A stretch of 64,000 nt of DNA from Spirochaetia bacterium (GCA_965203905.1 CBDBDQ010000005.1:2816001-2880000); one strand, 5' to 3'. Counted from the stretch's first letter, positions 50,079-61,205 are shown. Notes: a model not told the origin generated them from the sequence alone. Translations and numbers: made by a program.

Positions 50079-50113
50079 GATCCCACCGGGCGCGGCGCGC
50101 GGCCGGTGGGATC
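50079..50113 (-). other. Intercistronic stem-loop after the binding-protein gene
   Basis: GATCCCACCGG...CCGGTGGGATC 11-bp stem. Confidence 0.65.
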
Positions 50114-50128
50114 CGTGTCAGGCGGAGT

Positions 50129-51574
50129 CTACTTCAGGCCCCATTCGGGGTTGGCCGCAACCATGCGGTCGACGCCCGCTTCCAGGATCTTCTGCAACTC
50201 GGCTGCGCCTTCCTCGATGGAAATGCTGCCGCCGAGGATTTCGGCCACCATGCCACGTCCGATGTCGCCGGCCTGCACGTCGTAGAAGCCGAAGAACACG
50301 AGCTGTTCGCCCGGACCCGCCTCGGTGGTGATCGAGGAGATCATGCCGTCCAGCAGGTCGGTGCTGCGTTCGCCCTTGATGTTGGGAATCAGCACGTTGG
50401 CCTCTTCGATCATCGGGATGGCCCGCTCCGGCACCGTGAGGAAGCGCAGGAAGTCGACCGCGAGATCGGTCTTGCCGCCCTCGATCGCGGTGGCGGTGAT
50501 GGCGAGCTGGGTGGCGTGGGCTCCGCCCAGGCCGCGCACGAACTTGCCGGTTCCGTAGGGCGAGCTGTCGGTGGTCACCGGCGGGAACCAGAAGGTGCCG
50601 AAGTCGAAGTCGCGCAGCGGGTCGTTGACCAGCGCCAACAGGTTCCAGGTTCCGGCCCAGGCGATCGCGGCGCGCCCGGTAATCCAGGGGCGGAAGTCGC
50701 CGCCGTCGGTCTTGGTAGCCCAGTCGCCCTGCCAGTTGGGCGCCCACGCCTTGAGCAGGCGCAGCCACTCCTGCTGCTGCTGATCGTTCAGGTCGAGGGT
50801 GCCGTTGCGCACCGCGCGGGCAACCTCCTCGTGGTTGCTGAACCCACTCCCATCGGCGTCGATCTGCTCCACGATGTCCAGCGCCGTGGCCTCGAACAGC
50901 AGCACGAAGGTCCAGTCCAGGTGATTGTTGACGTGGGCCGTCTGAAACGGGATGTAGCCGGCTTCCTTGATCGTCTCCTGGATATCCGTGAACTCCTTCC
51001 AGTTGCTGGGCACGTCGATGCCGAGCTCGTTGAAGATCGCCTTGTTGTACACCCATCCGGTAGCCACCAGGTCGATGGAGAGTCCGTACAGCGCGCCGTT
51101 GGACTGCACCTTCGGCCGCAGGGTGGACTCGAAGAACAGGTCCCACCACTTGGCGTTGCCGGCGGCGTAGGTGTTGGGCTCCTGCAGGTAAGGCATCAGG
51201 TCTACGAACCAGTTGTTGTCCTTGTACTGGTACGCCCACTCGTTCTTGACGCTGAGAATGTCGGGAGCGGTGCCGCCGCTGAGCTGGGTGACCACCCACT
51301 CCAGACCCGACACCGGGTCGGTCAGGATCTCGATGCTGACGCCGGGATGGAGCTGCTGATACTCGTCGACGATCTCCTGCGCCTCGACCAGCTTCTCCAG
51401 CCCTTCGCCGCGGACCACGCCCGGCGTGTAACTGCCGAGGTGGATGCTCATCTCGCCGCTGAGCCCTTCTTCGGCGGATGCTTCTTCCGCTCCCGAGGCG
51501 AAGGCCAGCGTCCCCGAAAGGAGCAGCAGACCGGCGCTCACGACGGCCGGTACGAGTTTCTTGAAGTCAACCAT
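50129..51574 (-). CDS. Carbohydrate ABC transporter substrate-binding protein
   Basis: GAGGAGG RBS; signal peptide ending AFASGAEE; GTAPDI, YNKAIFNELG. Confidence 0.93.
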   Translation of the reverse strand: MVDFKKLVPAVVSAGLLLLSGTLAFASGAEEASAEEGLSGEMSIHLGSYTPGVVRGEGLEKLVEAQEIVDEYQQLHPGVSIEILTDPVSGLEWVVTQLSGGTAPDILSVKNEWAYQYKDNNWFVDLMPYLQEPNTYAAGNAKWWDLFFESTLRPKVQSNGALYGLSIDLVATGWVYNKAIFNELGIDVPSNWKEFTDIQETIKEAGYIPFQTAHVNNHLDWTFVLLFEATALDIVEQIDADGSGFSNHEEVARAVRNGTLDLNDQQQQEWLRLLKAWAPNWQGDWATKTDGGDFRPWITGRAAIAWAGTWNLLALVNDPLRDFDFGTFWFPPVTTDSSPYGTGKFVRGLGGAHATQLAITATAIEGGKTDLAVDFLRFLTVPERAIPMIEEANVLIPNIKGERSTDLLDGMISSITTEAGPGEQLVFFGFYDVQAGDIGRGMVAEILGGSISIEEGAAELQKILEAGVDRMVAANPEWGLK

Positions 51575-51604
51575 AGTAATTCCTCCTCATATGGTTCTCG
51601 GATT

Positions 51605-54397
51605 TCATTGCGCGGCTACCTGGAACTGGTATTTCCCGGAGCCGACTTCGAAGGTCACGTAGTCTTCCTCGGCGCGAGCCGCCGTGATGCCGGGCGTACC
51701 GTTGCGGTAGGTGCCGTCCTGCCACACCACCTGTCCGCCTTCGCGGATCACCGGCTGCGCCAGGCCGGCCGCCGGCACCGCCACCCGGGCGCTGCAGTTG
51801 ACCGGCACGGTCACCTCCAGTTGCAGCGTATCCGGGCCACGGGTCCAGCGCGAGCTGACCGTTCCGTTGACCGTGTCCACCGAGGCGGCGGCGCCGGTCA
51901 GGTCGCCGAGCAGGCGCGGCTTGATGACCAGCTCTCGGAAGCCGCGCCCGGCGGGGGTGATGCCGGCCAGATGGCGGTACAGGAAAACCGCCACGCTGCA
52001 GAACATCTTCATGTTGAGGCTGAGGATGCCGCCCTCGAAGCTCTCCCACACGGTGGTGGCGCCGTTGGCGATGGTATGGCCCCAGCTCGGATAGGTGGTC
52101 TGGGTGGCGATACGGTACATCACCTCGCCCCGGCCGTGCTCCGGCAGCACGTGCTGCAGGGCGCCGGCGCCGATGATGCCGGTGGACAGGTGGCCGTCGT
52201 GGCAGTCCTCGATCTCCTCCACCAGGCTGGCCAGCGCGGCCGCTTCTTGGGCGGCGGGAACCAGCCCCAGGTCGAGGGCCAGCGCCTGGGAGGTCTGGCT
52301 GCCGCCGCCGTAGCGGCCGGTGGCGGGGTCCAGGAAGCGCCGGTTGAAGGCCTCCCCGATCGCTTCGGCCAGCGCCCCGTAGCGGGCCGCATCGCCCTCC
52401 TTGCCGAGCACGCCGGCGCTGTCGGCCACGATCTGGGCGTCGCGGAAGTAGTAGGCGGTGGAGGTGAGCGCCACCGGCGTGTGCAGCGGCCGCCAGGAGC
52501 TGACGCCGTCGGCCTGCGGCTCCATGTGGTCGCCCAGCCCCTCCTCGATCACGTGGTCCCGGGCCATGGTGCCCAGGTAGTCGACCAGCCGCCGCATGCC
52601 GTCGTAGTGCCGCTCCAGCACCCGCCGGTCGTCGTAGTAGCGGTGGACTGCCCACACGAACAGCGGATAGGTGCTCATCCACGCCGGCCACGGCTGCCAC
52701 GACGACTCGCGCCAGTGGATGGGGCTGATCACCGGCAGGTCGCCGGCGGCGCGCTGCGAACCGCGGATGTCTTCCAGCCACTTGCTCCACAGGGCGGCGA
52801 CGTCGAAGGTGTACAGGTAGTCCTCGACCACGAAGCCGGGGTCGCCGAGCCACGAGACCCGCTCGCTGCGCTCGCCGGCGTCCTGCAGCGCGCCCTGGAA
52901 GCTGGTGCGGAAGGTCCACAGCACGTTGCGGTGGATCTGGTTGAGCAGCTCGTTTGAGCACTCGAAGGCGCCGCTGCGCGGCACTTCGCCGTGCACTACC
53001 CGCCCTTCGAACTGGTCGAGCCGCGGCGCCTCCGGCAGACCGGAGACTTCCACGTAGCGGAAGCCGTGCAGGGTGAAGCGCGGCTCCCACACCTCCTCGC
53101 CGTTGCCCTTGAGGATGTAGGTGTCGATCTGGCGCGCCTCGCGGTTGTTGCGCCGGTCCACGAAGCCGTCGGCGTAGAGCCGGCCGCCGTGGCGCATGGA
53201 CACCTCGGTGCCGCGCGCGCCGCGCACGCGCAGCCGCACCCAGCCGCTGAAGTGTTGCCCGAAGTCGACCACGTAGACCGGGGCGTACGGGTAGCGCGGC
53301 GCGTTGACCGCGACGGCCGGCAGCGTCTCACTGACAGCGATCGGCTCGATCGCCTGCGCCTGCAGCGCTCCCACCGGCTCCGGAGCGGCGACCGCCGGCT
53401 GCCAGCCGCTGTCGTCGAAGTCCGGCGCGGACCAGCCGGGCTGCTCCAGGCGCGCATCGTAGACCTCGCCGTCGCACAGGTCGTTGGCCACGATCGGGCT
53501 GGCGGAGGCGCGCCAGGAGGCGTCGCTGGCGACGGTGTGGCGGCCGCTGTCGGCGGTCTCGATCACCAGTTGCACGACGGCGCGCGGCGCGGCGCCGTAG
53601 GGTTCGGCGCGCGGATCGGGGCGCAAGTGCGGCGGCCGGTCCGAGCTGTACCAGCCGTTGCCGAGCCACACCCCCACCGCGTTGCCGCCCTTTTGCAGCA
53701 GGCTGGTCACGTCGTAGCTGCTGTACAGCACGCGGTCCTGCAGCTCCGGCTCCTGGTCGTTGTGGTAGTAGGTGGGCGCCGGGTCGAGCACGCGGTCGCC
53801 CACCCTGGCGCCGTTGAGGTACAGCTCGTAGAAGCCGAGACCGGCAACGTAGGCCCGCGCCCGCGTCACCGCTCCGGGCACTGAAAACTCCTTGCGCAGC
53901 AGCGGCGAGGAGATGTCAGGGTCGGGCGCGCAGATCCAGGACGCCGCCCAGTCGGAGGGCTCCAGCAATCCCATCTCGAACCACGCCGGCTCGCTCCACG
54001 GTCCGGGGGTGCCGGCCTCGTCCCACACCTGCACCGCCCACCAGCAGCGTTCGCCGCTGGCCGGCGTGGGTCCGCCAAAGGCCACGTTCGTTGAGCCGCG
54101 GGCGGCCACCCGGCCGCTGTCCCAGACGCTGCCGCTGCCGGCGTCCAACTCCTCAACTGTGGCGGCCACCAGGATCCGGTAAGCGCTCTGCGCACGGCCC
54201 CGCCCCGGCGCAGACCCCGGTGTCGCGTCGAGCTGCCAGGAGAGCCGCGGAATTCGCACGTCAATGCCCAGCGGATCGACCAGATACTCGCAGCGCAGGT
54301 AAGTGGCGCGCAACGCCGAGTTCGGGCCAGGGGCGGCGGGGTCGGTAAGACTCAGGATCCAGCCTCCGTATCGCCGGGAACGGCGCGCGGACCCCAC
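51605..54397 (-). CDS. GH78 alpha-L-rhamnosidase-like glycoside hydrolase
   Basis: LRCEYLVDPLGID..PRLSW, DFGQHFSG, FTLHGFRYVE, ERVSWLGD, GATTVWE; start uncertain. Confidence 0.9.
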   Translation of the reverse strand: MGSARRSRRYGGWILSLTDPAAPGPNSALRATYLRCEYLVDPLGIDVRIPRLSWQLDATPGSAPGRGRAQSAYRILVAATVEELDAGSGSVWDSGRVAARGSTNVAFGGPTPASGERCWWAVQVWDEAGTPGPWSEPAWFEMGLLEPSDWAASWICAPDPDISSPLLRKEFSVPGAVTRARAYVAGLGFYELYLNGARVGDRVLDPAPTYYHNDQEPELQDRVLYSSYDVTSLLQKGGNAVGVWLGNGWYSSDRPPHLRPDPRAEPYGAAPRAVVQLVIETADSGRHTVASDASWRASASPIVANDLCDGEVYDARLEQPGWSAPDFDDSGWQPAVAAPEPVGALQAQAIEPIAVSETLPAVAVNAPRYPYAPVYVVDFGQHFSGWVRLRVRGARGTEVSMRHGGRLYADGFVDRRNNREARQIDTYILKGNGEEVWEPRFTLHGFRYVEVSGLPEAPRLDQFEGRVVHGEVPRSGAFECSNELLNQIHRNVLWTFRTSFQGALQDAGERSERVSWLGDPGFVVEDYLYTFDVAALWSKWLEDIRGSQRAAGDLPVISPIHWRESSWQPWPAWMSTYPLFVWAVHRYYDDRRVLERHYDGMRRLVDYLGTMARDHVIEEGLGDHMEPQADGVSSWRPLHTPVALTSTAYYFRDAQIVADSAGVLGKEGDAARYGALAEAIGEAFNRRFLDPATGRYGGGSQTSQALALDLGLVPAAQEAAALASLVEEIEDCHDGHLSTGIIGAGALQHVLPEHGRGEVMYRIATQTTYPSWGHTIANGATTVWESFEGGILSLNMKMFCSVAVFLYRHLAGITPAGRGFRELVIKPRLLGDLTGAAASVDTVNGTVSSRWTRGPDTLQLEVTVPVNCSARVAVPAAGLAQPVIREGGQVVWQDGTYRNGTPGITAARAEEDYVTFEVGSGKYQFQVAAQ

Positions 54398-54508
54398 CCG
54401 GCAGGATTGCGCGAGTATGCCGGAGCCATTTTCGCTCCGTCAAGTTAGCCTGCGGCGGAGCAGGTACGGGACGTCACGGGCGTACTGGGAGACGTGCAAC
54501 TCGGAGCC

Positions 54509-56208
54509 TCATGGCTCTACGTACTGTACGGATACCTCCACATCGTTGAGCCATAGTTCTGAGATAACGTCCGGGTTGCCACGCTCCAGCCTGACTTCCA
54601 GTTCGTTCTGGCGTGTCGTCAACACCGCCGGATCCAGGTTTACCTCTACTGTGTATCGCAGCGGATACTCGTCCTGGAGCCGGGTGCGGTGAACGTGCGT
54701 TCCGTTCAAGGATAGCTCGATCAAATGGTCCCCACCCGTCAAGTCCCGAAACCGGAGCGTGAGCATTGCCATCATCGTGAGACCATGAGCCGCTGCCTCA
54801 TCACGGTCATCGGACAAGCATAAGTGCAGGGCCACTGAGCTGCCCTCCTGGAGTCGAGCCGGCAGCTCGGTGCGGGCCGACGCGGTGCCCATCTCCGACC
54901 TCAGAAAGCGATCTTGAAGGCTCGCCGACCACTCGTGGAACGCGCCGCTGTCGATGTACCGATGCGAGACCCCGAGATTGTCGATCTTGTAGTGCTTGTT
55001 GGAGAATCGAAGCGCATCCGGGTCGCCTATCTCGCGCAGTGGCGCGAAGTCATAATCGGCGCCGAGGCCGTAATCATGGCTATCCCGCACCGCGTTCATA
55101 TTGAACAGGTGTATGCCGTCGGCTCCCGCATGGTAGGCGTAGGCCGCCGCCGCTCGGAACCCCTCTGGGCTGTAGCCGAGTTGTTGGAAAGCGGCTTCCA
55201 CCTTCAAAGAGAGATAGAACGAACAACCCGCCTCGTGGGCCTTCTCGGCGTCGTCGGAAATCGGGAGCTGAATGATGTCGTCGATTCCCGCGATCAATCC
55301 ATCGATCCAGCCATTCTCAAGCCAGGCTTCGAGGTCCAGGCCAAGGGCAGCGGAGGCCGCCAAGGGCAGACTCCTGATGTTGAGACTGAGCTGTTTGCCG
55401 CGCGCGGTACCCGCCTCGTCCAGGCAAGCGCGGACTCTCCCGACAAGCTCCGTCATCAACCCGGCCCGGCGCTGTGCCTCGCCCGGTTTGAAGTAGATGG
55501 GGTGGCGCAGGAAGTCGAGCTCCACGCCGTCGAGGTCGTAGTTCTGGCAGGCCTCCTTGATCAACGCCACGCGGAAGTCACGTACCTGGGGATGCGCATA
55601 GTCGAATCCGATGTGACACAGACGAGTCAGCTCGGGGTGCTCGCCTATCAGGTATTCTGGATGGTCGCGCTTGAGCTTGCAGATGTATCCTCTGATGTTT
55701 GCCTCGTTGAACGCTCCCGCTTCGAATACCGGGAACCGCATAGGAACATCCGTGCCCATGATTCCGGGGGTATTCCGCTCCACTGGCCGGCCGTCGTGCA
55801 GGTCGTTCATCCGGAAACCCAGGAATACTTCCAAACCATGGTGGTGACCATGTTCGATCACCACCTCCGGTGGATCGTACCCCTGCTCGATCATGGCGCG
55901 CACGCGGTGCGCGTGCAGGTGCCAGATCTTCGACTGAAACGGCGGTGGTAGTTCGTAGAAGCGTTCGCCCACTTCGGTCTTGTGGCAGTACAGGTTGGCA
56001 GCCCGGCCGGGTCCCTGCTGGGCGGCTACGTAGCCATTGTCCGTGCCCAGGGTCCAGGTCACGGCGTCTACGTGGGTCCCGGCCAAGAAGCCGACCGTCT
56101 TGTCGACGAATCCCTCCATGGAAAACGGCTTGCTGGTGAAGGGGTGAACGGCCGCAGCAGCGTGCCACCGTCATGGTTGTAGATTATGCGGTAACGGGTA
56201 CGGCTCAC
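54509..56208 (-). CDS. Putative TIM-barrel glycoside hydrolase-like protein (GHL10/DUF187-like), frameshifted near the 5' end
   Basis: GTG at 56208 overlaps the upstream TGA and reads MSRTRYRIIYNHDG; one C missing at 56141-56144 joins it to the 536-aa ORF with FRMNDLHD, FDYAHPQVR, DGVELDFLR. Confidence 0.75.
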
Positions 56209-57038
56209 CCCTTTAGGCCTCCCATCGCGATTCCCCGAGTGAGAAAGCGATTGAACACGATGTACAACAGGATGACGGGCACGGACATGATGACGGCGAT
56301 ACTCATCAGACGTTCATAACGGTAGCCGAATTGCCAGTCCCCCTGGAGCCGTGTCAAAGCCAGAGGCAGCGTGGTGAACTCATCTCGAAATACGATGAGC
56401 AGAGGCCAGATCAGGTCATTCCAGCTGCCGAGGAAGTGCAGCACCACCAAGGTCACTATGGCGACCCTTGCCAGCGGCAGAATCACGCGCCAGTAGATTT
56501 GCACCTCGTTACAGCCATCGATCCGCGCCGAGTCAGTGAAGTCGTTCGGGATCGGCAGAATCGTCTGCCGCATCAGAAACACCCCGAAGGCAGTCACGGA
56601 GGTGGGAATGATGAGTCCATGTAACGAATTGAGAAGTTTGAACGTCTTCGCGAGAATGAACAACGGAATCATCATCACTTGAAACGGCACCATGATACTG
56701 CTCAGGATGAACAGAAAGATGAGCTTGCGGCCGAAGAAGCTGAACTTCGACAATCCGTACCCGGCCATCGAGGAGACCAGTACGTTTATCACGGTGGTAG
56801 TGCCGGCCACCACCGTGCTGTTGAATATGTAGCGGTTGAACGGAACGCCAATCCACACGTCCGCGTAATTCTGCCACTTCACCTCGCGCGGAAGGAATTG
56901 GATGCTCGGGGCGATCACCTGGTCCTCTGGCTTCAGCGAGGACAGGACCATCCACGCTACCGGAACCATGAACACCGCAAGCCAGAATACAAGGATCGAG
57001 TACAGCACGATGCGGGTAATGGGGTTGCGCGGATACAT
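56205..57038 (-). CDS. Carbohydrate ABC permease (MalG-like)
   Basis: ATG 57038; DSARIDGC, WNDLIWP. Confidence 0.93.
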   Translation of the reverse strand: MYPRNPITRIVLYSILVFWLAVFMVPVAWMVLSSLKPEDQVIAPSIQFLPREVKWQNYADVWIGVPFNRYIFNSTVVAGTTTVINVLVSSMAGYGLSKFSFFGRKLIFLFILSSIMVPFQVMMIPLFILAKTFKLLNSLHGLIIPTSVTAFGVFLMRQTILPIPNDFTDSARIDGCNEVQIYWRVILPLARVAIVTLVVLHFLGSWNDLIWPLLIVFRDEFTTLPLALTRLQGDWQFGYRYERLMSIAVIMSVPVILLYIVFNRFLTRGIAMGGLKG

Positions 57039-57057
57039 CCTACAATCTGGCTGGCGC

Positions 57058-57942
57058 CTAGAACTCCGTCTCTCTTCCGAGCAGCCGCAGGTAGAGAAAG
57101 GTGCAGAGCAACATGATCGACACCACGAGCATCGATTCGGCACTCGCCTTGCCCATGCGAAAACTCTCCATGCCGTCACGATAGATGCGCAAGGTCAACA
57201 CCGTCGTGGCGTCGCCCGGGCCTCCTTCGGTCAACAGATAGAACGGGGCAAAATGGCGAAAGTTCTCGGTCATCTTGAGGATGGCACTGAGCAGGAAGAC
57301 CGGCACCATTAGTGGCACTATCAGTCTTCTCAAGGTAACCCAATAGGACGCCCCATCCACCTTGAATGCATCGTACAGTTCATTGGGCATCAAGCGAAGG
57401 CCGGCGACGAAAATGATCATGTAGAAACCTATCCGATTCCAAACCATCATCATGATGATAAGAGGCATTGCGTGCGTAAAGCTCGACTGCCACGGTATCG
57501 CTACTCCTGTCAGAGCCTCGCCGGCGAGGGTAATCAAGCCATAGGGCGTGGACAGGAACCGAAACAGAATGGCAACTACCGTCAAGGACAATATGGACGG
57601 AAAGAAAAAGGTGGCTTTGAAGACCCCGGAGAATGCCAAGTCACGGTCGACGATCAGCGCCAGAGCGAATGCGATAGACAGCGTAAGTGCCCCGTCGACA
57701 AACACAAAGTAAAGCGTTACCACAAGCGAATGCAAGAACTTGCGATCGCTCAGCAATCCTACATAGTTCGAGATCCCGACAAACTCCCGTGGGTTTCTGA
57801 GGTCCCACTTCGAGAAGCTCGTCACCAACGCGACTAGCAATGGATATAGGAAGAAGACAAGAAAGAAACACAGCGCAGGAAGTGCGAACAGAAAGCCAGC
57901 GAGCTTCCTGCGTTGACTGAGCGGCGACCCGGCGAGCACCAA
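57058..57942 (-). CDS. Carbohydrate ABC permease (MalF-like)
   Basis: FVGISNY, LYDAFKVDGA, LTEGGPG. Confidence 0.93.
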   Translation of the reverse strand: MVLAGSPLSQRRKLAGFLFALPALCFFLVFFLYPLLVALVTSFSKWDLRNPREFVGISNYVGLLSDRKFLHSLVVTLYFVFVDGALTLSIAFALALIVDRDLAFSGVFKATFFFPSILSLTVVAILFRFLSTPYGLITLAGEALTGVAIPWQSSFTHAMPLIIMMMVWNRIGFYMIIFVAGLRLMPNELYDAFKVDGASYWVTLRRLIVPLMVPVFLLSAILKMTENFRHFAPFYLLTEGGPGDATTVLTLRIYRDGMESFRMGKASAESMLVVSIMLLCTFLYLRLLGRETEF

Positions 57943-58026
57943 CGATCTCCAAACCCCGGTGCTCCCCCGCCATGGGTAGCGACGATGAATCGCTCAGCCC
58001 ACGGCCGGGGCACCGAGGGTGGTCAG

Positions 58027-59353
58027 CTATTGCGTCGCAAAGCTGTAGGGAACTTCAGCCAGATACTCCTCGAACTCGTCGTTGGCGACTTCCAGGGTGG
58101 CGGCGATGTCGGCATCTTCGAAGACGATCCTGGCCAGGGCTTTCTGCCAGATCGCGGTCGCTTCGGGAGTCCGGATCTGCTCGCCTCCGGGGTTCTCCAG
58201 TATCCCGGAGAACATATCAAAGTCCTGCACGGCGCGGGCAGCGTCGGAAGTCTCGTATCCCTGCACAGGAACAAGCAGGCCAGTGGCGTTGAAGCTATCG
58301 GCGTGAGCCATGACCTCTTGCTGGAATCTCCACGCTTCGGTCTTGTGGTCGGAGAGACTGGATACGGTCCACAGGCTCCCAAACTTGGTCGAGTATGGGA
58401 CGCCGTCCGGGTACTGTGGATTGGGGATGAACTTGATCCCGTCTCCACCCTTGTAGACGTCTGGAAACTGCTCGATTACGGGACGATACCAGGACCATAT
58501 GGTGTTCATCATCGAGGCGGTGCCGTTCTGGAATTCCTCTCGCTTTATTGCGGCGTTCCGCAGTCCACCGGGTGCGGAAATCTGATACTTGAATGTGAAA
58601 TCTCGAAAGGTCTGCAGTACCCGTTGCGACTCCGGTGAAGCGATGTTGGTGGACTTGCCATCGGCGGTAATCAGGTCCTTGCCGAGATTGCCAAGCATGT
58701 TGTAGTAGACCAGTATGGAGCCCTGCGGGTGAGTCGCGAGGCCATAGCCTTCGCGTGTGATTCTGTCTCCGTCACGGCGTGTGAGCTTCTGCCCGATGCT
58801 GGCCACGGATCTGTCGCCTTCCTCCCAGGTTAGTGGATACTGGGTGTCTGGATCGTATCCCGCTTCGCGAAAATGCTCGGCGTTGATGATCATCGTATAG
58901 CTGGAGACATTGATAAGGACGCCGTAATAGGTGTCTCCCAGCCCAAGTATCCCGTGACCACCGGCCCACAGGTCGCCAAACTCGGCCATGCTGCCTACGC
59001 CGAACACTTCGGGGTCTACCGGGTCTACGTTGCCCAGGTGAACGTGGTTTGCCAGGTAGGCATGCTGGAGTCCGACAACATCCGGCGCTGCATCGCCTTG
59101 ACTGGATATGAGGAACTTCTCGTGGACTTCGTTCGTCCTGCCGGGCTGCTCATACAGCACCTTGACGTTCGGGTACTTGGCCTCAAACGAGGGGATCACC
59201 TCGTCATTCAAGATGTTGATCATCGGCTCGTGCTGCCATGTCCACACTTCAAGCTCGACTTGCTCGGGCTCGCCTTGGCCCTCGGCCAAGATGAGAAGTG
59301 GCTCCGAGCACGCCTATTACGAGGCTGAAGAGCATCGTCCTTTTGCCAATCAC
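58027..59353 (-). CDS. Carbohydrate ABC substrate-binding protein, frameshifted in the signal peptide
   Basis: AGGAGG RBS and GTG 59353 give MIGKRTMLFSLVIGVLGAT; one extra base near 59297 separates it from LILAEGQGE and the 420-aa ORF. Confidence 0.85.
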
Positions 59354-59417
59354 TTGGTTCCTCCTGCCCGTCGCGGGGCGCCGTAGAGAGAGCCGTGTCT
59401 CTCAGGTTGGAAAATCA

Positions 59418-59446
59418 CAAGTACCACACGCGGCAAGCCCTGTCAA
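59418..59446 (-). promoter_or_regulatory. Promoter of the sugar ABC operon
   Basis: TTGACA-17nt-TACTTG with TG extension. Confidence 0.6.
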
Positions 59447-59513
59447 TGCACCGCTATCCGCGCAAGTCCGCGTAACCCGCGGAGATCCTCGGTGAGCAAC
59501 GGTCCTTGGACCG

Positions 59514-60443
59514 CTACGCGGAGGCGGCGGCGGGGAACTTCGGTGCCGGGTGGGCGAGTTGGGGTTCCGCCACCAGGTGCCGGTACACGTCGTTGCACGA
59601 GGCCAGGGTGAGGCCGGCGCGGCGGGCGTGCTGCAGCAGCAGGTCGATCTGGCCGGCGCCGCGGTCGACGCGGTAGATCGACCAGGGGTGGAAGCAGGGG
59701 GCGTAAGTCAGCAGCCCCTGGTCGCGGGTGTACTCGAAGCCGGGAGCGTAGGCCTCGTACACCTCGCGGCCGGTGGTGGGGAGCCGCGACGGGTAGCCCC
59801 ATGGCAGCGCCGGCGGCCATGCCATCGGCGAAGGCTGGCCGGTGAGTATGTTGTCGTGCCAGGCATGAGCCGAGACCTCGAGGAGTTCGGGATAACCGTC
59901 GTCGCTGAACCAGAACGGCTGCGTCAGCGGCGCCGGCGCGACGTGGTTCGGCTGCCAGCTCAAGGTGCGGATGTAGCGGTAGCCCGCCTCCCATAGCGCC
60001 TCCAGCAGCCGCGTCTCGCCCAGAAAGCCGTGGCCGAAGCCGCCCGGTGCGGTAAAGCCGATCACCTCGCGCCCGAACAGGTCCTCGATCACCCGCTTGG
60101 AGTCAACCAGCTCGCGGCGCACGGCGGCCGCATCGTCGCGGATCGCGATCATGTTGTCGTGGGTGTAGCTGTGCGACTCCAGGTCGAACAGCTCATGATC
60201 GAGGATCTCGCGCAGGCGCGATCCCGCTGCCACGGCAAGCTGGGCGACAACGAAGAAGGTGGCGGGCGCCTGGTGCCGCAGGTGCACCTCGGCCACGGCG
60301 CGCACGCCGTCCAGGCACTCGTCGAGGCGTGCTCCCTCGTAGCTCACCATCTGTTGATAGGTCGACGCGGAATAGGGCTTGTCACCAATCTCCCACCAGG
60401 GGTAGATCGCCTCGGTGTCGTACGCGGAAACATAGTAGGTCAT
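59514..60443 (-). CDS. Polysaccharide deacetylase (NodB-homology) family protein
   Basis: AYDTE, PATFFVV, ESHSYTH, GFTAPGG, FHPW. Confidence 0.88.
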   Translation of the reverse strand: MTYYVSAYDTEAIYPWWEIGDKPYSASTYQQMVSYEGARLDECLDGVRAVAEVHLRHQAPATFFVVAQLAVAAGSRLREILDHELFDLESHSYTHDNMIAIRDDAAAVRRELVDSKRVIEDLFGREVIGFTAPGGFGHGFLGETRLLEALWEAGYRYIRTLSWQPNHVAPAPLTQPFWFSDDGYPELLEVSAHAWHDNILTGQPSPMAWPPALPWGYPSRLPTTGREVYEAYAPGFEYTRDQGLLTYAPCFHPWSIYRVDRGAGQIDLLLQHARRAGLTLASCNDVYRHLVAEPQLAHPAPKFPAAASA

Positions 60444-60517
60444 GACGCCAACGACCCTACGCAGGCGTACCGGTCGGCGCAAGGGTACACCTGCGCACGG
60501 GACTATGCGTCATGGCG

Positions 60518-60548
60518 TTGACCCCGTATATATAATCTGCATTATATA
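60518..60548 (+). promoter_or_regulatory. Toxin-antitoxin promoter with palindromic operator
   Basis: TTGACC at 60518; perfect inverted repeat TATATAAT-CTGC-ATTATATA (60529-60548) just before ATG 60553. Confidence 0.75.
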
Positions 60549-60552
60549 GAGC

Positions 60553-60780
60553 ATGCTCTCGTTCAAGGTAACCACAGTAGGAGCGTCATCCGGCGTGATT
60601 CTCACCAAAGCCGCGATGGCACGGCTTAGGGTGAACAAGGGCGACACGCTATACCTCACCGAGGCACCTGACGGCGCATTTCGGCTTACCCCATACGACC
60701 CCGACTTCGCTCGCCAGATGGCCCTGGCAGAAGAGATCATGCACGACGACCGCGAGGTGCTGCGGGCGCTCGCCAAGTGA
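60553..60780 (+). CDS. AbrB/MazE-fold antitoxin
   Basis: KVTTVGASSGVIL, GDTLYLTE, LTPYDPDF; overlaps the toxin start (GTGA). Confidence 0.92.
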   Translation: MLSFKVTTVGASSGVILTKAAMARLRVNKGDTLYLTEAPDGAFRLTPYDPDFARQMALAEEIMHDDREVLRALAK

Positions 60781-61205
60781 GCGGCGGCGGCGAGCAGTGG
60801 CGTTGGGTCGAGAGCAGCGTCGTCTTCGCGATCCATGACCGCCAACTCGCCGAGCATGGCGGCATGGACGGAATCCGCGATCGGGCCATGGTGGAATCCG
60901 CGCTGGCCCGGCCCGCCCAGTTCGCGCACTACGGGAATCCGGACGCAGCGGACCTCGCGGCAGCCTACGCCTATGGGATCGCCAAGAACCACGGCTTCGT
61001 CGACGGCAACAAGCGCACCGCCTGGGTCACCGCGCGCCTGTTCCTGGCCGACAACGGCAGGCGCCTCCAATTTGACCCGATTGATGCCATCCGCACCATG
61101 GAACGCGTCGCCGCCGGCCGCATCGGCGAGGACGAACTCCCTATCTGGTTCCGATCACACTTGGTTTCATCTTTGCGGTCGACTCCTGCGACTTCGGGGA
61201 GATAG
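60777..61205 (+). CDS. doc: Death-on-curing (Doc) family toxin
   Basis: HGFVDGNKRTA Doc motif; IHDRQLAEHGG..GIRD..ESALARP. Confidence 0.93.
   Translation: MSGGGEQWRWVESSVVFAIHDRQLAEHGGMDGIRDRAMVESALARPAQFAHYGNPDAADLAAAYAYGIAKNHGFVDGNKRTAWVTARLFLADNGRRLQFDPIDAIRTMERVAAGRIGEDELPIWFRSHLVSSLRSTPATSGR

Noticed and set aside
57953-58020. Long stem-loop as a possible ncRNA
   Set aside because: Sits right after a binding-protein gene, like the hairpins at 25403 and 50079; an ordinary mRNA-stabilising structure is sufficient.
59375-59410. Glycine-riboswitch-like CGCCG...CTCTCAGG
   Set aside because: On the opposite strand to the downstream operon and lacks the rest of the aptamer; probably a simple hairpin.
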